64,000 nt of DNA from Bacteroidota bacterium (lineage in GTDB: Bacteria > Bacteroidota > Bacteroidia > Bacteroidales > UBA4417): assembly GCA_022711175.1 (NCBI GenBank), contig JAKLFM010000001.1, forward strand, positions 69,780 through 133,779. The letters run 5' to 3'. Both the position numbers and the translations under genes were made by a program. The notes beneath the pieces were generated by a model. The model saw only the letters and a list, made by a program, of their open reading frames with translations. It was not told the DNA's origin and searched no databases. This document shows, one piece after another, positions 63,731-64,000 of the stretch. The number at the start of each line of letters is the position of its first letter. Position 1 is the first letter of the stretch.

Positions 63731-64000
63731 ATGAAATATCAGTTCTCATACTGCTTGCTTGCAATCCTGGCATTCACTGTCATTAAGGGCAGCGCCCAGT
63801 CCCAAAAAGTTGTACTTCAACCCTTTAAAGTACCCGAATTCGAGTTGTACGGATATGCCGACAGCGCAACCGGTAAACTTGTGATACCGGCGAGATACGA
63901 TTATGCCAGTTCATTCGATGGACGATATGCCCGGGTTGAAAAGGACAAGAAAAAGGGATTCATTGATATAACCGGCCGCGAAGTTGTTCCTTGTAAATAT
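63731..64000 (+). CDS. Secreted WG/KWG-repeat-like protein, N-terminal part (runs off the right edge)
   Basis: The signal peptide is MKYQFSYCLLAILAFTVIKGSAQ. Repeats of the type G..VIPARYDYASSFDGRYARVEKDKKKGFIDITGREVVP follow. Confidence 0.55.
   Translation, partial: MKYQFSYCLLAILAFTVIKGSAQSQKVVLQPFKVPEFELYGYADSATGKLVIPARYDYASSFDGRYARVEKDKKKGFIDITGREVVPCKY

Overview
This window looks like a chromosomal segment of an anaerobic Bacteroidota-type genome. Supporting signs are T9SS C-terminal sorting domains, TAnnTTTG-type -7 boxes, A/C-rich leaders without Shine-Dalgarno sequences, futalosine-pathway menaquinone genes, and roughly 47-50% GC by eye. I call about 55 protein genes and one tRNA-His. 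I found no rRNA, CRISPR array, transposase or integrase. The most interesting part is the left 11 kb. A trimeric NuoE/NuoF-linked [FeFe]-hydrogenase operon (hydC-hydB-hydA, minus strand) runs on into a hydrogenase-like protein fused to a histidine kinase, then a stand-alone receiver and a receiver-kinase hybrid. Divergently transcribed from a shared 178-nt promoter region are a small 2Fe-2S protein, a second paralogous hydrogenase-like protein ending in a PAS domain, and a PP2C/SpoIIE phosphatase. The enzyme therefore appears to be bracketed by two putative H2/redox sensors with different signalling outputs, and a Rex-like palindrome lies in the shared promoter. The rest is mostly housekeeping: SDR, aminotransferase, GH29 fucosidase, aat, fmt, HU, alkaline phosphatase, mqnB/mqnD/mqnC-E, rfbD, phosphoglucomutase, OTC plus carbamate kinase, mtaB, lgt, a macro-domain protein and a Kv-type channel. 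Other observations worth a second look are listed here. (1) A PP-loop protein is translationally coupled to a MurD-like ligase outside any dcw cluster, a possible MurL/MurD2-type pair. (2) A bTHX ribosomal protein carries an 80-aa K/A/P/E tail. (3) A family of intergenic elements has strict 7-nt periodicity (GTKCCRG arms inverted against YYGRMAC/YTGAAAC arms) and always ends just upstream of a start codon. (4) A perfect 9+2+9 palindrome is repeated at identical spacing from -7 boxes next to a Y_Y_Y kinase/LuxR regulator pair. (5) lgt and an inositol-monophosphatase gene are joined in frame with no stop codon. (6) A GC-rich structured island sits in an AT-rich gap. All functional calls come from motif recognition by eye, with no searches run.
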